Assembly (NCBI GenBank): GCA_041659765.1
Contig: JBAZXR010000001.1
Coordinates: 467,338-531,337, forward strand
Source of the DNA: Patescibacteria group bacterium
Lineage (GTDB): Bacteria > Patescibacteriota > Patescibacteriia > UBA9934
DNA: 64,000 bases
Direction: 5' to 3'
The notes under the pieces are model-generated. The model was not told where the DNA came from, searched no databases, and was given only the letters and a program-made list of their open reading frames with translations. The translations under genes were made by a program, and so were the position numbers. Every line of letters begins with the position of its first letter. Position 1 is the stretch's first letter. Shown piece after piece: positions 39,801-48,756 of this stretch.

Positions 39801-40210
39801 AGCTTGCTCATGTCCTCAAACTTGGTGCGATCAAAGAAATAATAAAACCAACGAGTAGGATTGTTAACGCCTGCAAGCGAATCCGTTGCGCCGAGCACTT
39901 TTCCGGAGGTCACTGGAATCGCGGATTGGCCAGCGTCAACTACCAACAGAGTTTCGCCAGGCTTGGCAAGTCCCTCTTTAGTTCGCGCCTGTCCTTCGAG
40001 GTAATATTGGCTCGAGAGTTTATCAATGAGATCAAGGAACTCCAGTTTCTTGCCGTCAAGCCTGTAATTCTCCGCTTCGAGCGAGGCAATCTGCGCAGCA
40101 ATTTCGCGTTCGCGCAGGTATTCTCGGCCAAAACCGAACACAAAAATTCCGGCCACAATCATCGTCGCCAAAAGAAAGATACCTTTTTTTCCGCCGCCTC
40201 CCTTGCTCAT
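39797..40210 (-). CDS. Septum formation initiator FtsB/DivIC-like
   Basis: TM, coiled coil, YLEGQAR..GLAKPGE. Confidence 0.82.
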   Translation of the reverse strand: MSKGGGGKKGIFLLATMIVAGIFVFGFGREYLREREIAAQIASLEAENYRLDGKKLEFLDLIDKLSSQYYLEGQARTKEGLAKPGETLLVVDAGQSAIPVTSGKVLGATDSLAGVNNPTRWFYYFFDRTKFEDMSKL

Positions 40211-41478
40211 ACGCTCTTATGATACCCCATCTCACCTAATAGCTCACGCGCTACTTTTCTGTCATCCCAAGCAATTTTTTTGCCTCCAGCCACCGCCATG
40301 ACTGGTTCTGAACCTTTGCCCGTCAAAAGCACTACGTCGCCTGCCTCTGCCAAGCTGAAAGCTTTTTTAATCGCTTCTTTGCGGTCGTCGACCAAAAACA
40401 AATCGGTTCCCTCAACCTTCCCCGCTTCTTGTGCACCGCGAGCTACGGCCTCGATAATTTCACGCGGATCCTCGTCGTATGGATCCTCATTGGTCACAAT
40501 AACGACAGCCTCATACTCACCAGCAAGCTTGCCAATAATCGGCCGTCGAGCAATATCTCTCCCTCCCCCAGCTGAACCGTGAACGCCAATCAATCGCGAA
40601 CCTTTCACCGCGTCGAACAGCGCCTCAAGCGCATACGGCTCGTAGGCGTAATCGACAATGACCATAAACGGCTGACCTTGATCGATCTTCTCAAAACGCC
40701 CAGCGAGTGGTCGCAGTAAACTCGCAGCGTCCATCACGCGCTTCAACGGGAAACCAAGGGACTCGACCGTCGCAATTGCCGCGAGTGCGTTCTTCTGTTC
40801 AAACTCGGCTCGCAGTGGCAGCTTGTCGACAGGATGTGCAACGTCACCGACACGAATCAGTTTATCGGCAAAGCTAAACGACACGCGCCTGTCAGCCGGA
40901 AAACTTGCGAAATACGCCGCGTGCTCGTCATCACTATTCACCACGATCGTTTTCGGCACGTCATGCCCCTCTAGTCTCTTCTTTCGTCGAGCGGTCAAAT
41001 GTTCGAACAATTTCCCTTTCGCCTTTCTGTAATTATCAAAACCGCCATGCGCCTCTATGTGCTCTGGGGTGAGGTTCGTAAACACTGCGACATCGTAATT
41101 GATGCCCAAATGTCGAAATTGGTCGAGTCCCTGGCTACTCGTTTCGATAATGGCGTACGAACATTTGGCCTTTACCATCTCGCCCAAAATATTCTGCAAA
41201 TAAAACCGTCCCGGCATGGTCATCTTCATCTTATTCTCAACTTCTTTTCCAGCAATGGAAAACCCCGCCGTCGATGTATAACCAACCGTCTCACCGAGAT
41301 TCGTCAAAATCTGGGCGATGAAATTAACGGTCGAGCTCTTCCCGTTCGTCCCCGTTACACCGATGACGATCAGCTTCTCCGACGGATGCCGATAAACCGC
41401 CTCTGCCGTTTTAGCGAGGACGTAGTGGTAGGCTTGAAGCGCTGGTCGAGGAATCATTTTCTTGAGCTGGTGCAGCAT
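40207..41478 (-). CDS. murE: UDP-MurNAc-dipeptide ligase MurE
   Basis: GVTGTNGKSS, ETSSQGL, FTNLTPEHIEAH, GRFE, GGRD, GKGSE. Confidence 0.9.
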   Translation of the reverse strand: MLHQLKKMIPRPALQAYHYVLAKTAEAVYRHPSEKLIVIGVTGTNGKSSTVNFIAQILTNLGETVGYTSTAGFSIAGKEVENKMKMTMPGRFYLQNILGEMVKAKCSYAIIETSSQGLDQFRHLGINYDVAVFTNLTPEHIEAHGGFDNYRKAKGKLFEHLTARRKKRLEGHDVPKTIVVNSDDEHAAYFASFPADRRVSFSFADKLIRVGDVAHPVDKLPLRAEFEQKNALAAIATVESLGFPLKRVMDAASLLRPLAGRFEKIDQGQPFMVIVDYAYEPYALEALFDAVKGSRLIGVHGSAGGGRDIARRPIIGKLAGEYEAVVIVTNEDPYDEDPREIIEAVARGAQEAGKVEGTDLFLVDDRKEAIKKAFSLAEAGDVVLLTGKGSEPVMAVAGGKKIAWDDRKVARELLGEMGYHKSV

Positions 41479-41522
41479 AGATCGTTTCGAAGTTCCTCCG
41501 ACTTTCTATTTTCTACTTCTAA

Positions 41523-42980
41523 CTACAGATTTCTTACCTCTTCTCTGAACTGCTCGCCGCGATCGAATTCGTTCTTGAAAATATTAAAGCTAGCTGCGCC
41601 TGGAGACAGAAGAACGATGTCGCCGGTTTCCGCAAGTTTACGAGATTTCTGAACCGCCTCTTTCATATTGGCTGCGTGCTCGATCGGTACTTTGCCGAGT
41701 AGCCCCTTCTCGATGATATCTGAAGCATCGCCAGGGAACAGAACGACAGCCTTACAGCCCTTAGCAGCCTCAGCGATCATTTCTTCGTACGGCAATTTCT
41801 TATCTACACCGCCAGCAATGAGAATAGCTTTCTTGTCCTTGCCATAAACTTTTAGCGCAGCAACAACCGCAGTTGGCGCGGTGGCCGCCGTGTCATTGAT
41901 GTACATAATCTCGTCGACCTCACGGACGAGCTCCTGACGGTCAGGAACCCCCTTGAACTCCTTGAGGACTTTCGCCACACCTTCGACCGTAACCCCGCGC
42001 AACATAGCGGCACAAGCAGCCGAGAGAACATTTTCTAGGTTGTGTTCGCCCTGAAGTGCGACGTCTTTATAGGCACAGATGGGAGTTTCGACGCCGTCTT
42101 TACGGAAAATAACAGCCTCGCCCTTCAAGAAACAGCCGTTAGCTTTTCCGTCATCAGTCTTCGAGAACCAGTACAGTTTGCCCTTTACGCGTGGTTCCAT
42201 CGAACGCACTAAATCGTGATCGCGATTTAACACAGTGTACTGCTCGGGAGTTTGGTACTCGAAAATAATCTCCTTGGACTTTTGATAGTCTTCGAAAGAC
42301 GCGTAACGGTTCAAGTGATCCGGAAAGACGTTTGTGAGCACCGCGATGTCTGGGCCTTTCTTCATCTCGGCGAAGGCTCCCGGCAAACTCTCTAGCAACC
42401 ATGATGAAAGCTCGAGCACGACTGGTCGCTTAATGTCAGAGACAAGTAGATCATCCAGAAACTCGAGTGGCGATACCTTCACGTTACCCGCAATAATCGT
42501 CTCAGGATCCATGGTCTTCACCATCTCGCCCAAGAGCAACGTGGTGGTAGTCTTCCCCTTCGTGCCGGTAACCGCGATGATCTCATGCGGGTAGTAGCGG
42601 AAGAACAAGCTCACGTCGGATTCAATGTGAATGTTTTGTGCTTTGGCTTGCTGCACAAATTCGCTCTCACTAGGAACTCCAGGATTCTGCACGACACAGT
42701 CGACGCCGGTGAAATCTTCCTTTCTGTGCTCGCCCAAAATAAAGAGCGGCTGATAAATGGTGCGATCTGGGTAGAGTTCCTTGTATTTATTAAACCATTC
42801 CATGACCAGGTCCACGGACTCCTTCAGCTCCTTCTCGTCCTTCAAGTCCGTGATAACCGTCTGCGCCTCATGACGCATCAGCCACTTAGCGGTCCCAAGC
42901 CCGCTGCCCTGCTTGTATCGACCCAACCCCATAACCGTTACAATTGCGTCCTTGAAACTAGCGATTTTGCTCAGATCCAT
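41523..42980 (-). CDS. murD: UDP-MurNAc-L-Ala--D-Glu ligase MurD
   Basis: TGTKGKTT, ELSSW, NVFPDHLNRY, IAGGVDK, LLSPGAASF..F...RG. Confidence 0.93.
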   Translation of the reverse strand: MDLSKIASFKDAIVTVMGLGRYKQGSGLGTAKWLMRHEAQTVITDLKDEKELKESVDLVMEWFNKYKELYPDRTIYQPLFILGEHRKEDFTGVDCVVQNPGVPSESEFVQQAKAQNIHIESDVSLFFRYYPHEIIAVTGTKGKTTTTLLLGEMVKTMDPETIIAGNVKVSPLEFLDDLLVSDIKRPVVLELSSWLLESLPGAFAEMKKGPDIAVLTNVFPDHLNRYASFEDYQKSKEIIFEYQTPEQYTVLNRDHDLVRSMEPRVKGKLYWFSKTDDGKANGCFLKGEAVIFRKDGVETPICAYKDVALQGEHNLENVLSAACAAMLRGVTVEGVAKVLKEFKGVPDRQELVREVDEIMYINDTAATAPTAVVAALKVYGKDKKAILIAGGVDKKLPYEEMIAEAAKGCKAVVLFPGDASDIIEKGLLGKVPIEHAANMKEAVQKSRKLAETGDIVLLSPGAASFNIFKNEFDRGEQFREEVRNL

Positions 42981-42992
42981 AATGCGGACATT

Positions 42993-45509
42993 CTACATGA
43001 TGCCTCTTGATTCAGGAATAACTAGGTGTTTAAGACTTTCAAAGAGGCCGAGCTTCACCAGAAGCACAAGGAAAAGCCCGACGAACCCGATAACTGGCAA
43101 AAGCGACAAGCCAAAAATATCGCGCAGGCTAGGAATGGCCAAAACTAGACCGACTGAGATTAAACTAGCCAGAACAGCCGGTAGAAATGCTCGGTTACGT
43201 TCAGTAGCACGCGTAAACGCATAGCCTCGCAAGTGACGAATCACGAACACGGCAATTACGCCGTCCAAACAGAGCGACAGGAAGAGAACGGTCCGAACAA
43301 CTTCAACCGGCATCTGCCAGCCAGACAAGACTGCCTCCATCACGAGGAGCGAAATAACTGAGACGGCGCCGATCGCGCCCATGAGGGCCAGTAAATTAGA
43401 ATTGATAACCGCCTCATCTTTCTTTCTCGCGCCAGCTCGCATGATACCCGGCTCGGCTGACTCAAAGGCCAGAGCCATAGCCGGGAACCCATCAGTCACC
43501 ACGTTTATGAAGAGCAGGTGGATGGGTAGGAACGGCACCGGAATGTTAGCTACAAGCGCAAAGACAATCACGGCCACCTCGCTCAAACTGAAGGTCATGA
43601 GATAGGCTACAACTTTACGCACGTTGTCATACAACACCCGTCCTTCGCGAATAGCGGAGAGCAGAGTGGCGATGTTGTCATCAAGCAAGACCATATCAGC
43701 CGCTTCCTTGGCCACGTCTGTGCCGCTACCCATCGCTACCCCGATATCTGCTGTCTTCAGCGCCGGCGCGTCATTCACGCCATCACCAGTCATCGCTACG
43801 ACATGGCCAGCCTGCTGGAAGATCTTCACAATACGCACCTTATCTTCAGGCAGAACTCGGGCAAAGACGCGAATCGAGTTAATTCGTTTTAACAACTGTC
43901 GATCGTCGAGCGTCGCCAGCTCGGCATGCGACACCACAGCCCCGGCGTGGATGGAGAGACCGAGGGCGGCAGCGATTCCGCGCGCCGTATCTTCATGATC
44001 GCCCGTCACCATGACCGTACGCACGCCAGCGAGCAAAGCGTTGGCTACCACATGTTTAGCCTCAACCCGCAAAGGGTCGCGTAAACTCAGAAAGCCAAGC
44101 GGTTCGAGATCCTGGACTGCTTCGACATTTAGCTTTTCGCCATGCCAAGATTTTTTAGCCAGCAACAAAACGCGCAAACCCTTTGACATGAGTTCTTTGT
44201 GCGTGGTCTTCAACTTCTCGAGTGCGTCAGGGTAAAGATCGAGGTGTTCGAACAAAATATCCGGAGCGCCCATCACACAAAGCGTTTCTTCGTTATTTGC
44301 TTTAGAAACTACGGCCGAGAATTTTCGTTTTGAATCAAAGGGCAACTCGTGAATCACCTCGGCGGCTTGTACGTCGATGTTCCGTTCAATGAGATACGCC
44401 TGGCCAGCCTTTTCGAGCGGTGACGAGTGGCCGTCTTCCAGTTTCAAAAGCGCCGACAGCACATTCAGCGACTCGTCGTCCCCATCAAACAACTCAACCT
44501 TCATTTCGCCGGTCGTCAGCGTGCCCGTTTTATCCATGCACATCACGGTCACAGCGCCAAGTGTTTCCGCGGCTACCATGCGACGCATCAGCGCTCCGCG
44601 TTTGGCCATACGGCGCATCGCGGCCACGAAGATGACCGTTAGCGCTACGGTTAAACCCTCCGGTACAGCGGCCACAGCCAGCGCCGCGGCGAGCGTCAGC
44701 ATAGAAACCATCGGTTCGCCCCGAGCAATCCCCAGAATAAATACAGCTACCGCAATTAGTGCAATAAAAATGGTTATCCGTCGCGAAAATCGCTTCAGCT
44801 CGCCGGTCAACGGCGTGTCCATCTTGGCTGCACCGAAAACAAGTTGAGCAATTTTTCCAAACGCCGTCTGTTCGCCCACCGCCACCACGACCACCTGTGC
44901 CTTACCAGCCACCACGACCGTTCCAGCAAACATCATGCAGGTCTGTTCAACGATCGACGCTTCTGATTTGACGTGGTGACTGGATTTCTCGACCGGTTCA
45001 GACTCCCCCGTTAAAGGCGCCTCGTTTGTTAAACAATTACTCGCTGACAGCACCCGCGCATCCGCCACAATTTTGTCGCCGCTCGTTAAGTGCATGATAT
45101 CGCCTGGCACCACGTCTTCTGCGGCGACGGTCATGAGAACACCCGATCGACGAACGACAGCCGTTCTCGGCAACAGTTGTGCGAGTGCAAAGAGCGCCCG
45201 GTCTGCACGGTACTCCTGAAAGAAACCGAGCGTAACATTAAACAACACAATAAAAATAATAAGCACCGCGTCCTGCCACTCGCTTGAGAACGCGCTCAAC
45301 GCCACCGCAACAGCCAGAATGAGCATGAACGGGCTCACAAACTGGTTCATCAAAATCTTAAACGCGCTTGTCGCCCGCGGTTTCTTAAGCCTCGGCAACT
45401 CCGCCAGCCGTTTCTTCGCCTCAGCTTCCGACAACCCTTCGCGCCCCGAACCAAGCGACGCCAAAACCTCCCCCGCCCCCAAATGATGCCAAATCAACCC
45501 CTCAGTCAT
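42993..45509 (-). CDS. P-type cation-transporting ATPase (type IIA, Ca2+-ATPase-like)
   Basis: LTGES, VPEGL, DKTGTLT, MVTGD, TGDGVNDAPALK. Confidence 0.93.
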   Translation of the reverse strand: MTEGLIWHHLGAGEVLASLGSGREGLSEAEAKKRLAELPRLKKPRATSAFKILMNQFVSPFMLILAVAVALSAFSSEWQDAVLIIFIVLFNVTLGFFQEYRADRALFALAQLLPRTAVVRRSGVLMTVAAEDVVPGDIMHLTSGDKIVADARVLSASNCLTNEAPLTGESEPVEKSSHHVKSEASIVEQTCMMFAGTVVVAGKAQVVVVAVGEQTAFGKIAQLVFGAAKMDTPLTGELKRFSRRITIFIALIAVAVFILGIARGEPMVSMLTLAAALAVAAVPEGLTVALTVIFVAAMRRMAKRGALMRRMVAAETLGAVTVMCMDKTGTLTTGEMKVELFDGDDESLNVLSALLKLEDGHSSPLEKAGQAYLIERNIDVQAAEVIHELPFDSKRKFSAVVSKANNEETLCVMGAPDILFEHLDLYPDALEKLKTTHKELMSKGLRVLLLAKKSWHGEKLNVEAVQDLEPLGFLSLRDPLRVEAKHVVANALLAGVRTVMVTGDHEDTARGIAAALGLSIHAGAVVSHAELATLDDRQLLKRINSIRVFARVLPEDKVRIVKIFQQAGHVVAMTGDGVNDAPALKTADIGVAMGSGTDVAKEAADMVLLDDNIATLLSAIREGRVLYDNVRKVVAYLMTFSLSEVAVIVFALVANIPVPFLPIHLLFINVVTDGFPAMALAFESAEPGIMRAGARKKDEAVINSNLLALMGAIGAVSVISLLVMEAVLSGWQMPVEVVRTVLFLSLCLDGVIAVFVIRHLRGYAFTRATERNRAFLPAVLASLISVGLVLAIPSLRDIFGLSLLPVIGFVGLFLVLLVKLGLFESLKHLVIPESRGIM

Positions 45510-45576
45510 ATTGGGATCATTTTATCACCTAATTGCCTCCTGCGGGCAAATGGCATAGGCTTATCCGGGAGGTTTC

Positions 45577-45927
45577 ATGAGCCATCGCCAATTGGTTCGG
45601 ACCGCGTCACGGAGACTGGTTCACAATTTCATTTGGCATCATCTCAAAAATACGCCCTGCGAAGAGGGTCGAAAAGTTGAGATCCCGTCCATCTCGGCCT
45701 TTGACCATGCGTTCATGGTCTACTGGAACGCGATAGAACAGCGGCACAAGCAAACGTGCAAACCCTGTAAAGAAATACAGGCCTGTTTCTTTGGCGATAC
45801 GATCCAGAAACTGCGGCCAGATCCCGTCACCGGAGTATCCGTTTACTTCCACGAATATCTCCTCGCCAACGGCCAGTTCGACCTCGTCACCGGCCACGGC
45901 ACGGTTCTCCTCGAAGCCCTGCGTTGA
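45577..45927 (+). CDS. Hypothetical protein with HxxxCxxC motif
   Basis: GGAGGTTTCATG start context; RHKQTCKPC. Confidence 0.6.
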   Translation: MSHRQLVRTASRRLVHNFIWHHLKNTPCEEGRKVEIPSISAFDHAFMVYWNAIEQRHKQTCKPCKEIQACFFGDTIQKLRPDPVTGVSVYFHEYLLANGQFDLVTGHGTVLLEALR

Positions 45928-45988
45928 AAGACGTGGGGCTATTCTTTTCTCGGCAAAAAGAAAATCCCCGATTTCTCGGAGATGTTCT

Positions 45989-46063
45989 TGGTGCGCCGGG
46001 TGGGGATCGAACCCACGACCATAGGCTTAAAAGGCCTGTGCTCTACCACTGAGCTACCAGCGC
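45989..46063 (-). tRNA. tRNA-Lys(TTT)
   Basis: GCGCTGG acceptor, AGGC-CTTTTAA-GCCT, GGTTCGATCC, ACCA. Confidence 0.95.
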
Positions 46064-46186
46064 ATAGCTTGTAACGGCGGGAATCGTACACGAAAATCCC
46101 CTATTTGGCAACTACGCAATCATGCAGGGATTGCGGATTATCTCGTAATCTGCTATCATTATCCGTTCCTTTCACGGAGGTGACTC

Positions 46187-46726
46187 TTGGCAAAAGTGTT
46201 GTTCATTCCGAGTTGCGAAGTGGCGGCCATCGACACCCTCGAGGGCACGGAGACGGAAATCCGCTTGAAAGCGGGGCTCGAAGAGTGGAAAAAGGGAGCG
46301 TTCGACGTCATCGCCGTGGCTGGCGGGGTGTACCTACCGCCGGAGCTGCAGACGCGACCGTCGGGAACCCTCATGAAGGAGTGGCTCCTCACGCGCGGAC
46401 TCACGGAGCACCAGGTGGTGGCCGAGACGAACTCTCGGGACACGTACGAGAACATCTCCGGCGTGGTCTCTGCACTCTGGGGACGGCCGATCGAACGAAT
46501 CGCCGTCATCACGCAGTGGCAGCACGCGTTGCGGTTCTGGGTGACCTTCCGACGCGCCCACGGCGTGAAGGCGGAGATCATCCCGTTGTGGTACTCCCCC
46601 GGGCTGAGTCGGTTCCTCAAAGAGTGGCTGTTCCTGCTCATTCACGTGTTCGATGCCACAGGAACAAGTCCGCTCGTCATGAAGAACAAACAGAACTGCA
46701 CGTTCCCCAAGCCGGCGACCAGCTGA
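46187..46726 (+). CDS. DUF218/YdcF/ElyC-family protein
   Basis: AGG, ETNSRDTYEN, VIT..QHALR; promoter TTGCGG-17-TATCAT, GGAGGT SD, TTG start. Confidence 0.82.
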   Translation: MAKVLFIPSCEVAAIDTLEGTETEIRLKAGLEEWKKGAFDVIAVAGGVYLPPELQTRPSGTLMKEWLLTRGLTEHQVVAETNSRDTYENISGVVSALWGRPIERIAVITQWQHALRFWVTFRRAHGVKAEIIPLWYSPGLSRFLKEWLFLLIHVFDATGTSPLVMKNKQNCTFPKPATS

Positions 46727-46744
46727 CAGGAACATCTCGCGACA

Positions 46745-46773
46745 ACCCCGCACCAAGTGCGGGGTATTTTTTT
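46745..46773 (+). terminator. Intrinsic terminator whose T-run merges into the next -35 box
   Basis: ACCCCGCAC-CAA-GTGCGGGGT then ATTTTTTT|GACA. Confidence 0.8.
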
Positions 46774-46800
46774 GACAAAACACCTCTTTTTTGCTAATAT
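46772..46800 (+). promoter_or_regulatory. Consensus sigma70 promoter
   Basis: TTGACA-17 nt-TAATAT with TGn extension. Confidence 0.8.
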
Positions 46801-46803
46801 TTC

Positions 46804-47000
46804 TGGTCGATTCTCCTTTCAATGTAGAGGAGTTCGATCACCTTTAGGGAATAATAATCCCAATGTGGATTTTATTTCTGAGTGGCAGACTTCTCAAGGG
46901 AATGTCTACAGACCTGGGTACGGAGGCAAAAAAAACGCTCGCAGCCGGAAACGGTAGCGAGCCACGTCGTTCACGAACGACGTAGCGGGTCAACCCAAGT
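46804..47000 (+). ncRNA. Candidate structured RNA or leader (five or more hairpins, two with identical CAAUGU loops)
   Basis: Manual base-pairing, see findings. Confidence 0.55.
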
Positions 47001-47012
47001 TCGGAGAGTTTC

Positions 47013-47435
47013 ATGGGCAAGCAAGTCATCATCCGGCGTCGCGGAACCGCGGCCTACGAGAGGGCGGTCGGTGTGTACGTGCAAGAAGGACAAGTGTTCG
47101 GCGACACCAAGTACATCGACCCGCAGGCAGAAATATTAAAAGCCACTGGCAGGCTCCTCGATCGGGGCATGTGCATCCTGGACTTTGCGAGCGGCATCAA
47201 GGCGTCAGGCTGCGTGGTCTGGATCGACGAACGGCGAAAGGGCCGTCTCTACTCGTTCAAGGCGTTCATTGACTACTCCCCAACCGGCTTTTACTCGGAC
47301 TACTACATGTTCGGACTGCTGTGGGGACGAGGTCAATGGAACCTCCTTAAGGACGGTTTCGCCCGCGACGTACCGCTCCGCGATCAGACCTACACATTGG
47401 GGACGCTCGTGGACGCTGGCATCATCCGCGTGTGA
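47013..47435 (+). CDS. Hypothetical protein (140 aa)
   Basis: GGAGAGTTTCATG start; hairpin TCCCGATCGG-ACAT-CCGGTCGGGA after stop. Confidence 0.65.
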   Translation: MGKQVIIRRRGTAAYERAVGVYVQEGQVFGDTKYIDPQAEILKATGRLLDRGMCILDFASGIKASGCVVWIDERRKGRLYSFKAFIDYSPTGFYSDYYMFGLLWGRGQWNLLKDGFARDVPLRDQTYTLGTLVDAGIIRV

Positions 47436-47524
47436 CAACTCGAACATCCCGATCGGACATCCGGTCGGGACTTTACTTTCTTACCACATTTTGCTATCGT
47501 TCTCTGTTCCTTCATGGAGGTTAC

Positions 47525-48016
47525 ATGCCAGATGTTTTGCCATTCACTCAGAATCGCGCACGAAGGTTGATCGTTCCCGATACAAGGTCGAGCGAATGCA
47601 TCGCCCTGCCTCCACCGACCCACTCGAGTCCCCCAGAAGAGAGGAAGATCGCTTACCGTACGTCCGAAACGATGCGTCTGCAGATCCTCCGGGATCACAA
47701 GTTCGTGGAAGACGTTCAGGCCTTGCTCACCGGCGAACGGTGGCTTCTCGAGCCAACGTCAACCGCTATCTTCAACCACCATCACAAGTACCAGATCGAT
47801 GCCAAACCACAACGACAGTCGTGGCGAAAACGTGGTGACATGAAGTCGAGCGATGCGGGGCGTTACTGTGTGGGTTGCCGGTGGCAAGTAGCGGATCATC
47901 TGGCTCCCCATCTGCTTGCTATCGTTCCCTCCATCTCCCGCAAGCGAGCCGAGGCGTTCATCAACCACGGCCACACGATCGTTGAGCGACGGGGCCAATA
48001 CTCAACTCGCCGCTAA
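47525..48016 (+). CDS. Hypothetical basic protein with His cluster and CxxC
   Basis: Promoter TTTACT-17-TATCGT, GGAGGT SD, NHHHK and YCVGC, terminator 48036-48065. Confidence 0.6.
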   Translation: MPDVLPFTQNRARRLIVPDTRSSECIALPPPTHSSPPEERKIAYRTSETMRLQILRDHKFVEDVQALLTGERWLLEPTSTAIFNHHHKYQIDAKPQRQSWRKRGDMKSSDAGRYCVGCRWQVADHLAPHLLAIVPSISRKRAEAFINHGHTIVERRGQYSTRR

Positions 48017-48063
48017 AACCATCAGTTCCCGTCAGGCCCTGCACCACGTGCGGGGTTCTTTTT

Positions 48064-48756
48064 TTAGTACCTTCCGCACTGAACTTCGTTGCCGTTGGAA
48101 ATTATTTCGGCAAAGGGACCCGTCGATAAACTGATGCGGAAGAAACGGCTTGAAAGTTTAAAATCTATGCCAGTCGGTGTGTCTGTCCAGTAGGTCACGA
48201 TCCTGCCCGTGCGGGCGTCTACAATGGCGAAGCCTTCATGTTTCTGAGCGTCGTCAGACGGCATGCCCCAGCGAGACACCACGTAAGCGCCGGCGAAGTT
48301 TACCCCGCGAGCGACGTCTTTGGTGATGGCGGTGCGATACCTTGCGGCGTCAGGCCATGTCGAGAAATCCGGCCGGTGCGGGCGGCCTTTGTAGAATTCT
48401 GTGGCGGGATAGTCAGCAAACTCGCCTTGCACGCCGTAGCCGCACTCGGGAGCGGGATCGGTGGCGGGAGCAGTCGAGTAGTCGGAGGGAGTGACGAGAG
48501 GAACGGGAGAGGGCGTAGGTGGGCGTGTGTCTTGTGTCTCAAAAACAACGAGTTTGCCACCGGGAAAGACGCAAGTAGGTTTTTGAGCATTCCATAGCCA
48601 CTCCCCGCCCTGCTCTTCGCAGGATGACCGATAGGAGGCCGAGGTTGGTTCGCCGCCGGTGAAAAATTTAAAAAGAAGAACGAAAGCAATGAGGCCGAAA
48701 AAGACGGTCGGCGACAAAAGTTTAACCCAATGTTTGTCCGGCATTTCCCAGGTCAT
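48064..48756 (-). CDS. Hypothetical exported protein
   Basis: TM, CEEQGGEW..C.FPGG module, Pro/Thr linker, YRTAI...GVNFAG.Y...W..DARTG domain. Confidence 0.7.
   Translation of the reverse strand: MTWEMPDKHWVKLLSPTVFFGLIAFVLLFKFFTGGEPTSASYRSSCEEQGGEWLWNAQKPTCVFPGGKLVVFETQDTRPPTPSPVPLVTPSDYSTAPATDPAPECGYGVQGEFADYPATEFYKGRPHRPDFSTWPDAARYRTAITKDVARGVNFAGAYVVSRWGMPSDDAQKHEGFAIVDARTGRIVTYWTDTPTGIDFKLSSRFFRISLSTGPFAEIISNGNEVQCGRY

Noticed and set aside
46105-46822. Alternative overlapping ORFs around the DUF218 gene
   Set aside because: No motifs or RBS; the 46187-46726 frame has promoter, SD and DUF218 motifs
45989-48065. Prophage or integrative element at tRNA-Lys
   Set aside because: No integrase, phage genes or duplicated tRNA 3' end; most island genes lie on the tRNA 5' side
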